Below are positions 1 to 16,470 of a stretch of DNA of 64,000 nucleotides, in pieces. Each line of letters starts with the position of its first letter. The stretch's first letter is position 1. A model generated the notes under the pieces. That model was given only the letters and a program-made list of their open reading frames with translations, was not told where the DNA came from and searched no databases. The DNA is from the human T2T-CHM13v2.0 reference genome, Homo sapiens: the NCBI RefSeq assembly GCF_009914755.1, contig NC_060947.1; one strand, 5' to 3'. The position numbers and the translations under genes are program-made.

Positions 1-680
1 TGGTGAAAACACTTCAGATCTACTCTCTTAGAAAATTTCAACTTATTATTATTATTATTAATTTCTTTTTGAGACAGGATCTCACTTTGTTGCCCAGGCT
101 GGAGCAGAGTGGCGAGATCACAGCTCGCCGCAGCCTCAACCTCCCAGGCTCAAGTGATTCTCCTCCCTTAGCCTCTTGAGTAGCTAGGACTACAGGTGTG
201 CACCACTACATGCTCAGCTAATTTTTTAAAAAAATTATTTTGCAGAAATGGGGTTCCACTCTGTGGCCCAGACTGGTTTCAAACTCCCGACCTCAAGCAA
301 TTCTCCTACTTCAGCCTCCCAAAGTGCTGAGATTACAAGACTGAGCAACTGTGCCTGGCATGTAGTTATTATTAACTGTAATCACCATGCCATACATTAG
401 ATCTCTAGAACTTATTCATCCTGAATAATTGAAACTTTGTACCCTTTGGTCAACATCTCCCTATTTCCCCCACTCTCCAAGCCCCTGGGCAACCAGATTC
501 TACTCTCTGCTTCCATGAGTTCTAGTTTTTAGACTCCACATATATGTGAGATAATGCAGTTTTCTTCCTTCTACGTCTGGCTTATTTCACTTACCATGAT
601 GTTCTCCAGATTTATTCACATTGTCTCAAATGGCAGAATTTCCTTCATCTTTTTTTTTTTAAGCTGAATAGTATTCTATA
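1..680 (-). mobile_element. Old L1 (L1MA-like) 3' end fragment, interrupted by an Alu
   Basis: Antisense L1MA-type 3' UTR motifs (ATCTACTCTCTTAG; TAGATCTCTAGAACTTATTCATC; CTGGCTTATTTCACTTA) on both sides of the Alu. Confidence 0.75.
62..359 (-). mobile_element. Alu (AluJ-like)
   Basis: Antisense dimeric Alu: GAGACAGGATCTCAC...CTCCCAAAGTGCTGAGATTACA; (ATT)n tail at 43-61. Confidence 0.95.
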
Positions 681-759
681 CAAAAGGATTGAACCAAGTA
701 AAAACCAGTCCTGCTTTTATTATTACCTATATACTAGAGTATTTCTCAATAAAGTCAGT

Positions 760-2700
760 ATTTATTGCATTTTTTGATGGCTAATGATGTTGAACAATTT
801 TCATTGCTTTTGCCATGTTCAGTTAAATATGTATTCATGTCTGGCCTATTTTCTAATTAAATTTTTGAGAGTCCTATGTATATTTTGTATACACATATTC
901 ATGTATGCTATGTATATTCTGTGTATACATATGAATATATGTATATTTATAAAAATCCTTTGTTGGATAAGTGGTTTACAAAATTTTTTTCAAGGTGTAG
1001 CTTACATTTTTATTGCCTTCTCAGGGATTTTTAAGCACAAAAGTCATAAATCTTGATGAAGTAAAAATTTGTTAACCTTTTCTTTTGTGAATCATGCTTT
1101 TGGTGTCAAATTTAGGAACTGTTTTCCAAGCCCTGTGTACCAATGTTTTTATTCTATGTTTTTGTCTTAAAGTTTATAAAATTTTCCATGTTCATTTAAG
1201 AGTGTGATCAATTTTGAATTAATGTTTGCAAAAAATGTAAGGATCAAAGTTTAATTTTTCCTATGGAAAATAATTTTGAGGGAGCTTTTAAATTAGAAAT
1301 TTATGAATTAGAAATTTTGAATTTTGAATTATGAATTTTTAAATTAGAAATTTAAATTAATTTCTTTAATGGACTATAAGACTATTCAGATTGTTTATTT
1401 CAACTCAACTCATTGATTAAATTTTTGATGTTTTGTAGTTTTCAAGGAATTAGTTCATTTGGTTTAAGTTGTCAAATTTATGAGTGTAAAGTTATTTATA
1501 TTCCCTTATTATCCTGGCTTCAGGATCTGTAGTGATATACCCTATTTTATTATTGATAGTTGTAATTTGTGTCTTTTATTTTTTATTCTTCATCAGTCTT
1601 GTTAGAGGTTTTTTTTTAAGGAACTAGTTTTTTCATAAATAATTGTTTTCTTGTTTTCAATTTTCATTGATTTCCGTTATTTCATTCTTTATGTTTGTGC
1701 TGGATTTATTTTGCTCTTCTTTTTTTTTCTAGTTTCATGAAGTAGGAGCCTAAATTATTGATTTGAGACCTTTATTGTTTCTAGCAAAAATATCTAGTTC
1801 TCTAAATTGCCCTGTCAGTACTGCTTCAGCTGTATCCTACAAATTTTGATATATTGTATTTTCAATTTTATGCACTTTTGTAGGCCACTATTACACTGAT
1901 ACCACAATTACACAAAAAAGTACAAAAAACCCACACCAAAACTGTAAGTGTATACAGATTATTAGCAAATTGAGTCCATCATGTAAAAAAAATTATAAAC
2001 CGTAGCCAAGTAAAATTTACTCCAGGTATAAAAGATGTACTCAAAATTCAAAAATCAATCCATGTAATCTACCATATCAGCAGGCCAGAGAAGAAATATA
2101 TAATTTAAAAAATGCATGAGTAAACCAGATAGTCTATTATATTCACCAATTCTGATATTCTTTTCTTTCAGAAGTTTCAAACTCTCTTATGTCACAATTT
2201 ATTTCTGTTTAGACATCTTCATAAAACCATTTCTAATGGTAACTTTTTTGGTGGGGTGGGACCAGATTCTTAGCTTTCCTGTCTGAGAATGTCTTTATTT
2301 CACTTGTATTTCTAAAGAGTATTTTCATGTGATATTGAATTTGTGGATAACTGGCCCCTTCTGGCACTGTTAGGTGGGAGTGGAGGCTCTAATCATTGCC
2401 AAACCCTGCTGATGTTACCCTGGTAGGAGATGTGAGCACTGCCTGCCTGTGCTGAGCAGAGGATGAAATAACAGCTCCCTGCTCAGGCCCCACTGAAATC
2501 AGGGTGGGGATGCAGTTTTTCCACTGTGAAGATTAATGGGATTGCTGGATTGTATGGTAAGATTATGATTAACTTTATAAGAAACTGCCAAAGTGTTTTA
2601 TAAAGTAGTTGTGCTCTTTTGCATTTCCACCTGCCCAGCATGAGAGTTTCGGTAGCTCCACATTCTCACCAACACTTGTAATACCACTTGGATTTCTGTG
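760..2700 (-). mobile_element. Mosaic of highly decayed L1M fragments (mostly antisense; about 1880-2100 appears sense)
   Basis: T-rich sequence with old-L1 motifs (GGATTGCTGGATTGTATGGTAAG; AAACTGCCAAAGTGTTTT; CATTCTCACCAACACTTG); boundaries approximate. Confidence 0.55.
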
Positions 2701-2917
2701 TACTAGATTTAAAAATAAGTTATACTGTTAGTTTTAAAATTTATAATTAACACTTAAACATTAAGAAACCAAAAAAGCAATACTTGATCTCTTTAATGCC
2801 TTCAAGTGTCCCTTGGTAGTAGTATTCTTTCACAGAAAAAATAAATAAAAACAAACAGGAAGAAATCTCTCAGACCTATTTTCATAGCACCTGTCCCCCT
2901 TCTTAAACACAATCAGG

Positions 2918-3958
2918 GAGCTCTCAGATCCAAGATGGCCAAATAGGAACAGCTCCAGTCTACAGCTCCCAGTGTGAGTGATGCAGAAGACAGGTGATTT
3001 CTGCATTTCCAAATGAGGTACTGGGTTCATCTCACTGGGACTTGTTGGACAGTGGGTGCAGCCCATGGAGTGTGAGCCAAAGTAAGGTGGGGCATCACCT
3101 CACCCGGGAAGTGCAAGGGGTCAGGGAATTCCCTTTCCTAGCAAAGGGAAGCCGTGTCAGACAGTACCTGGAAAATCGGGACACTCCCACCCTAATACTG
3201 TGCTTTTCCAATGGTCTTAGCCAACGGCGCACCAGGAGATTATATCCTGCACATGGCTCGGTGGGTCCCACAACCACGGAGCCTTGCTCACTGCTAGCAC
3301 AGCAGTCCAAGATTGAACTGAGAGGCGGCAGCGAGGCTGGGGGAGGGGCGTCTGCCATTTCTGAGGCTTGACAAGGTAAACTAAATGGCCAGGAAGCTCA
3401 AAATGGGTGGAGCCCACCGCAGCTCAAGGAGGCCTGCCTGCCTCTGTAGACTCCACCTCTGGGGTCAGGGCATAGGTGAATAAAAGGCAGCAGAAACTGC
3501 TGCAGACTTAAACCTCCCTGTCTGCCAGCTTTGAAGAGAGTAGTGGTTCTCCCAGCACAGATTTTGAGATCTGAGAATGGACAGACTGCCTCCTCAAGTG
3601 GGTCCCTGACTCCTGAGTAGCCTAACTGGGAGACACCTACCAGTAGGGACTGACTGACACCTCATACAGCCAGGTGCCCCTCTGAGACGAAGCTTCCAGA
3701 GGAAGGATCAGGCAGCAACATTTGCTGTTCTGCAATATTTGCTGTTCTGCAGCCTCCGCTGGTGATACCCAGGCAAACAGGGTCTGGAGAGGACCTCTAG
3801 CAAACTCCAACAGACCTGCAGCTGAGGGTCCTGACTGTTAAAAGGAAAACTAACAAACAGAAAGGAATAGCATCAACATCAACAAAAAGGACATCCACAC
3901 CAAAACCCCATCTGTAGGTCACCATCCTCAAAGACCAAAGGTAGATAAAACCACAAAG
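2918..3958 (+). promoter_or_regulatory. L1 5'UTR internal sense/antisense promoter; YY1 motif CAAGATGGCC at 2931-2940
   Basis: Recognisable L1PA 5'UTR with intact YY1 core; many CpGs decayed to TG/CA. Confidence 0.8.
3095..3358 (-). CDS. ORF0: LINE-1 ORF0 homologue, open, 87 aa
   Basis: MADAPPPASLPPLSSILDCCASSEQGSVVVGPTEP...IRVGVSRFSR matches recalled primate L1 ORF0 (MAGAPPPASLPPCSLISDCCAS...IRVGVTRFSR); antisense in the 5'UTR; ATG context GAAATGG. Expression unknown. Confidence 0.75.
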   Translation of the reverse strand: MADAPPPASLPPLSSILDCCASSEQGSVVVGPTEPCAGYNLLVRRWLRPLEKHSIRVGVSRFSRYCLTRLPFARKGNSLTPCTSRVR

Positions 3959-4985
3959 ATGGGGAGAAACCAGAGCAGAAAAGCTGAAAAATTCTAGAAA
4001 TCAGAGTGCCTCTTCTCCTCCAAAGGATTACATCTCCTCGCCAGCAACAGAACAAAGCTGGACAGGGAATGACTTTGATGAATTGACAGAAGTAGGCTTC
4101 AGAAGATCGATAATAACAAAATTCTCTGAGCTAAAGGAGGATGTTCGAACCCATTGCAAAGAAGCTAAAAATCTTGAAAAAAGATTAGAAGAATGGCTAA
4201 CTAGAATAAACAGCGTAGAGAAGTCCTTAAATGACCTGATGGAGCTGAAAACCATCGCACAAGAACTACGTGACACATGCACAAGCTTCAGTAGCCGATT
4301 CAATCAAGTGGAAGAAAGGGTATCAGTGATTGGAGATCAAATGAATGAAATGAAGTGAGAAGAGAAGTTCAGACAAAAAAGAGTAAAAAGAAATGAACAA
4401 AGCCTCCAAGAATTATGGGACTATGTGAAAAGATCAAATCTATGTTTGATTGGTGTACCTGAAAGTGATGGGGAGAATGGAACCAAGTTGGAAAACACTC
4501 TTCAGGATATTACCCAAGAGAACTTCCCCAACCTAGCAAGGCAGGCCAACGTTCAAATTCAGGAAATACAGAGAACGCCACAAAGATACTCCTCGAGAAA
4601 AGCAACCCCAAGACACATAATTGTCAGATTCACCAAGGTTGAAATGAAGGAAAAAATGTTAAGGGCAGCCAGAGAGAAAGGTTGGGTTACCCACAAAGGG
4701 AAGCCCATCAGACTAACAGCTGATCTCTCGGCAGAAACTCTACAAGCCAGAAGAGAGTGGGGGCCAATATTCAACATTCTTAAAGAAAAGAATTTTCAAC
4801 CCAGAATTTCATATCCAGCCACACTAAGCTTCATAAGTGAAGGAGAAATAAAGTCCTTTACAGACAAGCAAATGCTGAGAGATTTTGTCACCACCAGGCC
4901 TGCCTTACAAGAGCTCCTGAAGGAAGCACTAAACATGGAAAGGAACAACCAGTACCAGCCACTGCAAAAACATGCCAGATTGTAA
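3959..4985 (+). pseudogene. L1 ORF1: L1 ORF1p (RNA-binding chaperone), disabled
   Basis: ATG at 3959 (MGRNQSRKAE); +1 A insertion near 3990 gives an early TAG; in-frame TGA at 4356-4358; track fragments 4083..4358 and 4425..4985 carry ORF1p motifs (REKG, ARR, YPA). Confidence 0.95.
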
Positions 4986-5048
4986 AGACCATCAATGCTA
5001 GGAAGAAACTGCATCAACTCACGAGCAAAATAACCAGCTAACATCATA

Positions 5049-8874
<3,826 letters not shown>

Positions 8875-9251
8875 ACAATGAGAACGTTTGGACACAGGGT
8901 GGGGAACATCACACACCCAGGGCCTGTCGTGGGGTGGGCGTAGGGGGGAGGGTTAGCATTAGGAGAAATACCTAATGTAAATGACGAGTTAATGGGTGCA
9001 GCACACTAACATGGCACATGTATACATATGTAACAAACCTGCACTTTGTGCACATGTACCCTAGAACTTAAAGTATAATTTAAAAAGATATAAATAAATA
9101 AATAACAAGGAAAGAAAACACAATCAGGTCCAGAGAAAGGACCTGAGGGCATAATTACCTAAGATTACTCAGTTAACTCAGTTTATATTTTGATATTCCA
9201 GAGAGCTACTTTTGAGTACGATATGGCAAGAAATCCAATTCTAATTCATAA

Positions 9252-9884
<633 letters not shown>

Positions 9885-11109
9885 TGAGTCTAAGGATCCA
9901 TTATTTATGGGTCTTCTCTTGTATGTATTTATTCTCAGGGCTGGGGCTATTTACGGACTGACATCTGAAGTCTTTCAATTGCCATAGTAGAGGAGGAATG
10001 GTTCTCAAGGCTGATTGCTTTGGGGAATTGATATGGATTATTTCTGGTGCATTGCTTTGCCATATAAAAAGTTTTGTGGAGATATGCCATTTGCTGAAAT
10101 TCATTCTGACCTAGGCCTTGAGTTTCTCAGCCCTGCCTTCCTCTGCCCATGTTTTTACTGCCTGGGAACCTGAACTCCAGATATAATTTGTTCTACTTTG
10201 GTAGCACCAAAGAGACCTAGAGAGAACCTGGAAAGACTCAGAAACAAGACGGTTGGGAGATAGAACCCCTAGCCTTGCCCAGGCTCAACAAAGACTTTTA
10301 TGCACATGGTATGGTTTCAGGGACATCTGGCAGTGCCATCAGTCATTATCTTCCCTCTTCTTCCAGGTACCAACATCTTTCAACTTTGAGGACACTAACG
10401 GAGAGCTTGCCTACATGGAAGACTGTACTCCAGCTTTTATTTATATAACCTAGTTCTGAATAGGAATGTAGGTGATAAAGAACACTTTTCCCACCAGCAC
10501 CTTCAAACTCATCACTTCCTCTGTATCCAGACGTGTTCCTCTTATCAACTTACCCTAGTATACATTGTGGGGTCATCACGGTTCTCTCCTACATCATTTA
10601 AGATTATGAATTTTGAAAAGTGTTTTCATTTACATGAGCTTATCTGATTCTTACCCCAGAATTGATATGGTTATTCCCATTTTTTATACAAGGAAACGGT
10701 TTTCGAACATTTTAAAAGAATTGCTCAAGATAACACAAGTATAAAGTGAGAGAGGAAAGGGAATTCACATCTTGCTCTTGTATGGTCAGAGATTCTCCCA
10801 CTCTGAGATATCACCTTTCTTCATTCCCATGGCCAATCTGTCTCTAGATCCCATCATTTGTTCTTTTGCTGTAACTATTGGATTTGCCCCTTCCTGTCCA
10901 TTCCCCATGGCCACTCCTTTTCCCAGGTCTTTATCACCTCAGCTGGAGAGAGTGGCCTCTTAGGGAGGCCATTGACAACTAAGTTGTTGCCATCCTGCTC
11001 TGAAATCTGAATTTTAGCTATATCTGAAATCACATCACCTATGTAGAGGCATACAAACTTAAAAGTCTGGTTGCCTTTTTCTTCCTTCTAGTATTGCTGA
11101 CAATAAATA

Positions 11110-11385
11110 ATTTATATATAATATTATATGTGTATATACACACACATACATATAAATCCAAGTCTGAAATTTATATATAAACACACACGCACATATGTGT
11201 ACTATATGTGTATACATATATATGTATATGTGACACACGTGTATGTATACCATATATCATACTTATCATATATGTTATGTATGATACATGTATCTATACA
11301 TGTATAACATATAATATAGTATATACATTACATATAAGTGTTATGTTCTTATATATCCACACATATATATATACACACACACCAG
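11110..11385. repeat. (TA)/(CA)/(TG) low-complexity alternating purine-pyrimidine tract
   Basis: Directly visible. Confidence 0.85.
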
Positions 11386-12689
11386 GTGTCTATACAGAGA
11401 TTCTTTGATTATGGAAATGAGAAAGGACCGAATGGCTAAATGACTACTACAAAGGTTCAGTGGGGAATGTTTTGTCGTTTTGTTTTGAGTTGAGTTGTTC
11501 TGAACCTTTGGCCTCTGATGGCAGTTCAGTAAGTTAGCTGTTTTATATCTCTCACCTTATGCTTGGTTTTGTTTCAATTTTGAATTTTCTTAGTATCACT
11601 TAACTCACATCCTTTTAAAAGCTATTTTGTAATAATATGTCACTTACATGTAAACTTAGGGCCTTTTCTTGTTTGCCATAAAAGCATGATCATTGGTATG
11701 TATCAGCCGAAATATGTGTTTTGTCGTTCTACTAAGAGGTAAAGAGTCACTAATATAATAATAATCTTATAATAATCTTAGCCCTAAAAGACTTCAATAC
11801 TTCTTTGCTTATCTTTGGTCAGCTTTGGTATAGAGCTCTAATTATATAAAAAATGAAACTATCATAATGTCAACCACATTTAACCTTCTTGATATCCCAT
11901 AATTCTTTGCACTAAGGGCGCAAGGCCAGGTCTTTGCTGACTGCTTGATAACTGAATGAGTGATTATTCTCCTTGTTAATGGACAATGATATAGAAAACT
12001 CTCCCATATGTACAGAATATTAATGAGAAGCTGCACAAGCTGAGATAAGACTATAAGATGCTGCAAGCAATCACTTATAAGAACATTATAAAAAATATTA
12101 CTCGTCAGGGATGTAGCCAGATGCAGGGTCTCCGTGTGACGAATGAGGAGGAAAAAGGCAAGACACTCTTTCTCACATGAATGACTGAGTAATTCACAAA
12201 CAAAAATGTTGCCTTCATGGTTTCCAATATTGAGTTTTCCATTTAAATTTTTCAAAAAATAACAAACTTCATCAGAAGACGTTGCAGATTTTGAAATAGG
12301 AAGGGGAAACCTCCTGCCTCCTTCTCTGCCTCTTAAATGCTTTCTGTGCCAGGTGCAGTGTGTCAAGCATTTGTCCTTCATGAAAAATGACACCTGGATG
12401 ACTGCTAAAGAAATTTCAACCAACTCTAAAAACTGGCCCATTTATAACACTGCTATTTTTCCAGTTTGGTTTGTAATTTTAGGTATTGTCTCTAATTGGA
12501 AAACTTGGAAAAGCCATTCTTCTAGTCTGAATTTTTGGATGATATGCTAAAAGAAGGAGAATGTTCATTGGATATTGCTTAATTCTCCAATTTGATTCAC
12601 TTGGGCTCTGTACATAAGATCTTTGAGTCAGTTCTCCTAATAGACTCGTGGAACATCACAGCCACAAGAGGCTGAGAGATCATCTAAGC

Positions 12690-13255
12690 CTGTTTTTCTC
12701 AACTGAGTAATGTAGAAACCTCTTTTAAAGGGGAAAAGAATCTTATTGATCCCCAGCGTAGACTTGAATTACATTTAGAATGCTGTCAAAATAAGAATGT
12801 AAAGTTACATAATGAAATGTGTAATGTAAAATGTAAGATATTTGTATAGATATTTATTTTAAGTAATACACATAAAACTAGTTATAAACTCCTTAGAACA
12901 CATGTGATAATTCCCTTCTTCCACCTTTTTCTTTGAGTCAAAGGACACCTGCATTGTATACAGGGTCTTTCTTTTGCAGGAACACAACTTTTGTCTAACA
13001 TGTCCCCTTTTGTGGGATTTTTTGTCTAGCTTCTAACAATTACAACAACACTCTACTTGGTGTCAATTCAACTGTTAACGCAAACATATAAGTGGGCAGA
13101 AAAATAGCATGGTAGTACTTGATTATAAAAATGTACCTTTGGAAAATTTTAAGTAAGTTATTATAGAAATGAAAATACAAAAATAGAATATTCTAATAAT
13201 AACAGACAAACCATCTCCTCTAATGCGTCTGCAGCAGCTAGTTTGAAAAACATCA
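12690..13255. mobile_element. Possible ancient hAT-type DNA transposon relic inside a MIR-like element
   Basis: TIR-like ends CTGTTTTTCTCAACT / AGTTTGAAAAACA; MIR3-like flanks (GAGATCATCT... / CTCATTTTACA). Confidence 0.35.
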
Positions 13256-14704
13256 GTTTAGACCAACCTTCTCATTTTACAAGAGTAAAACTGTTAATCA
13301 AGGTCATAAACAAGCCAGATGTAGAGCTGTAACCAGAATCCAGAATTGAGATCAGTTTCTTTTAGTCTTTTTTTTTTTAAATTTCATATTTACTGAACTT
13401 AAAATGCAATTCGGAAGAACAGTATAGGCAATTTTATGAAAACATTAAAAATGATCAAATTATCAATTCTTTAGGAATACCCTTGACATTGTACGAGAGA
13501 CAGATATCGTTAAGAAATTGATTGAAGTATTTAATGGTGTATGAAGAATAATTATTCTGCTTTTTATGTTTAATAGTTAGAAAATCAACATAAAGAATAT
13601 CCCCCATTTTATTCTAATGGTCATGCATACGTTTTATTTTTTCAAAAAAAATTTTTGAAAACAGGTTTGAATAGAACTATTTTATAGGCCCACTAATTTA
13701 ATAAAATTAATTTGTTGGTCAGTAAATACATATTTCAAAAATTATATAATTATAATTTTTAAAAGTTACTCTAAAAATGTCCCAGTTTGAAGATAAGTTA
13801 TATGGTTATTCTAGAGATGAGAATGACCAGTCCCACTGGAAATCCACAAGCTGAAAGTGAGGGAAGAGGAACTTGCCAAAGGGAAATAAAAAGGATGGAA
13901 TGGATTCTGGGTTGGCAAAACCAACTGTGTGCACTATACCCAAGTACCAGATCAGGACTTAGGTTTTCTGGCCTGAACTCTGATGCTCCAGTACTGAATT
14001 TCATTTTCCACTGTCCCCCACTCCCTTAAGTTATAACATTTCTTCCCCTTGCTCCTCAGGTAGCCAACTTCTCCATGCAGCTCCAAAGAGCACAGCTTCC
14101 CTAATTCCCTGATAGCAGCCAAGAGAGGTTTCTTCTGTAAACATTTTTTGCAACAAGCTCAAACCACTTCAAAACAAATTCAAAGCTTAAATCATTGTGA
14201 AACCAGTTTCTTGATCTTTAGTACGGTAAATGCTTTGCAAAGCCATACTGCTTTTGTTTGTATAATTTAAATTTACCCGCACCTGAGACTAAGATCAGAG
14301 TAATGCCACTTTGTGTTGTGTTCCATAATGCTTGGAGTTTTGTATCACTGGGGACCTGGGAAGCTTTTGTCTGTTCACTGTTGTTAGCTGCTTTTTACGT
14401 GTTAGCTACTTTACTCTTATTTGTTTTTATATTAGTGTAATGTCTTATTTCTGTTGTTGCCATCAGTGTTCAAAGTATGAGAAACAGGAGTTAATAGGAA
14501 AAGTTTCTGGGTGGGGTGGGGGTGGAAAGCGTGTTAGGAAAAAAGATCAAGGTTCCCAGACGCAGTGCATTTGGCCAAGGCAAACTGAATTTAAATAGTT
14601 GGAGCAGTAACAAGAATCTCAGATTTATAGATAGCTGCTATCCTTGAGGTCCTAAATCCCACCTTTGGTGCCAAAAATAAAATAAAAGGGACAAAATAAT
14701 ATGG

Positions 14705-14810
14705 GCCACTGGATGAGGCATTAACTACATTGCCTCCCTGAACCTCAGTTTCCCATATGTATGATGGGGCAGTGGGTAAAGTGATCTCTAAGAACTTTCA
14801 GCTCTGATGT
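14705..14810 (+). mobile_element. MIR/MIR3 fragment
   Basis: Core CTCCCTGAACCTCAGTTTCCCATATGT. Confidence 0.6.
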
Positions 14811-15964
14811 TATGGCTGTTGTAAGTCAGCAGTTTAATTGTTGCTCCACGCTTTTCACTGTACTTCCTCCTATAATTTGGCTCCAAGTTTTGACTGAAAT
14901 ACAATATAACCAAATGAAATATAGTTTGCTCTGAGCCTTTTTTGATGCCCTTAACCTCAGAGAGACATTAGGTGTTTCATATTATATTATTAGGTAGATT
15001 GATAACAACTTCACTGGATTCTAATTTTACCTGATATCCCTTCTATTTTGTTTTTAATTCTAAATTAAATTTAGGTTAATAGGTTTTGAGTAGAGTTTTG
15101 TACCATGTTGTACATGTATAAAGGCAGAGATTATAGAAATAATTTTTGTAGGTGATGCCATCAAATGAACATGCAGTGATGTTTATATGACACCTTGAAG
15201 GATGGGCAATAAATAAAAAATGGAGGGGGTTTCAGGTTTGGGAGGGGGCTGGCTGAATGGGCCTGGCTTGTTCATGGAACACTAAAGAGCAAGGGAGTGG
15301 TGGGGAGTAGGGAGAATTGCAGCAAGACTTTCCCAGAGTTGCCAGACCATGAAGGGCCTTGAATGATAGGCAGGGGAGCTTGATAAGCGGACCAAAGAAT
15401 CCATCAGAGTATTCTGTTGTTTGTGTATAGATGTTCGCAGCTAAGCATTAAATAATGAGTCCCAATTAGTGTCTTTCAGGTCAGTTGGTTTTGTCTGTCC
15501 TTTGGGGATGATGTGTTCTCTTCCTCTTATAAATCTCTCTGAGCACTTCGTCTCCTCTTAGAGAGTTCTTTGAGTGGCCTAGAAGAACTCACTTAGGCTT
15601 CAGTTTCTTCATCTGTTAAATGAGGCCATGGAACTAGCTTGGGTGGTCATGATTCATTCTCAGCCTCTCAGTCTCTCTGTCTTCCCTAATACACCCCAGG
15701 GATGGTATAATCTCATCAGTGAAGAGTCTTACTACAGCAGTGATTATCTACTTATGTGGAGGTGAGGGGGCGGGGATGTATGTAGCTTAGCAAAATAAAT
15801 CTCACAGATGATTCTCCCACCAACTTTAAAATCATCACACCTGATAATTTCTAAAAGTTTTTCCCAGACATGACTTTCTGATTTATGGTCCCAGTTCATG
15901 AAAAAAAAAAAATCAATCTGGTCGCTTTGCAGAATATGTAGGAAAAAATAATCATATTTTCAAC

Positions 15965-16470
15965 ATTTTTTATTATTTTGGTTGCAAGTAACAGAATACC
16001 CAACTAAAAGTGGCTGTATAACAAGAATATTTTATACCTCACATCCAGAGGTATGGTAGTTGGAGGATTACTTAATTCAGTGGCTCAATAGTGTTATCAG
16101 AACTATGATTTTTTTTATCTTTCTCCTCTGTTATCCTCAGTATGTTGATGGTATCTCTCTTCTTGTTTGTGAGATGGTTGCAGCAGCTCCAGACATCATA
16201 TGCAGAAAAGCCATGTTGAATGAAGAGGAAGAAGGGACATTTCTTATTTTGTTTTTTTATTATGAAGGAAAATCTGCCCCAGACAACTTCCCTCAGCTTC
16301 CATTGGCCACATAAGCAATGGTCACATAGCCCCTTCCTAGCTGCAAGAGAGGATTAGAATGTGAGAATCTGGCACATTCAGGTTATAGAGAGGGAGGTGG
16401 TTCTTTCTGAATGGGAGGGAGGGGGAGGGGAATGGGTGCTGGGATAGCAACTGATAGCGCTGCCCAATAA
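15965..16470. mobile_element. Ancient ERVL/MaLR-class solo LTR (LTR33/MLT1-like)
   Basis: GGTTGCAAGTAACAGAATACCCAACT...GTGGCT; ATGGTTGCAGCAGCTCCAGACATCA; CATTGGCCA...GGTCACATAGCC...CCTAGCTGCAAG. Confidence 0.7.

Noticed and set aside
11842-12441. 199-aa minus-strand ORF in unique DNA
   Set aside because: No recognisable domain or coding-like composition, no supported splice structure; most likely chance
16412-16443. G-quadruplex motif GGGAGGGAGGGGGAGGGGAATGGG
   Set aside because: Real motif, but inside an old LTR and common genome-wide; no sign of function
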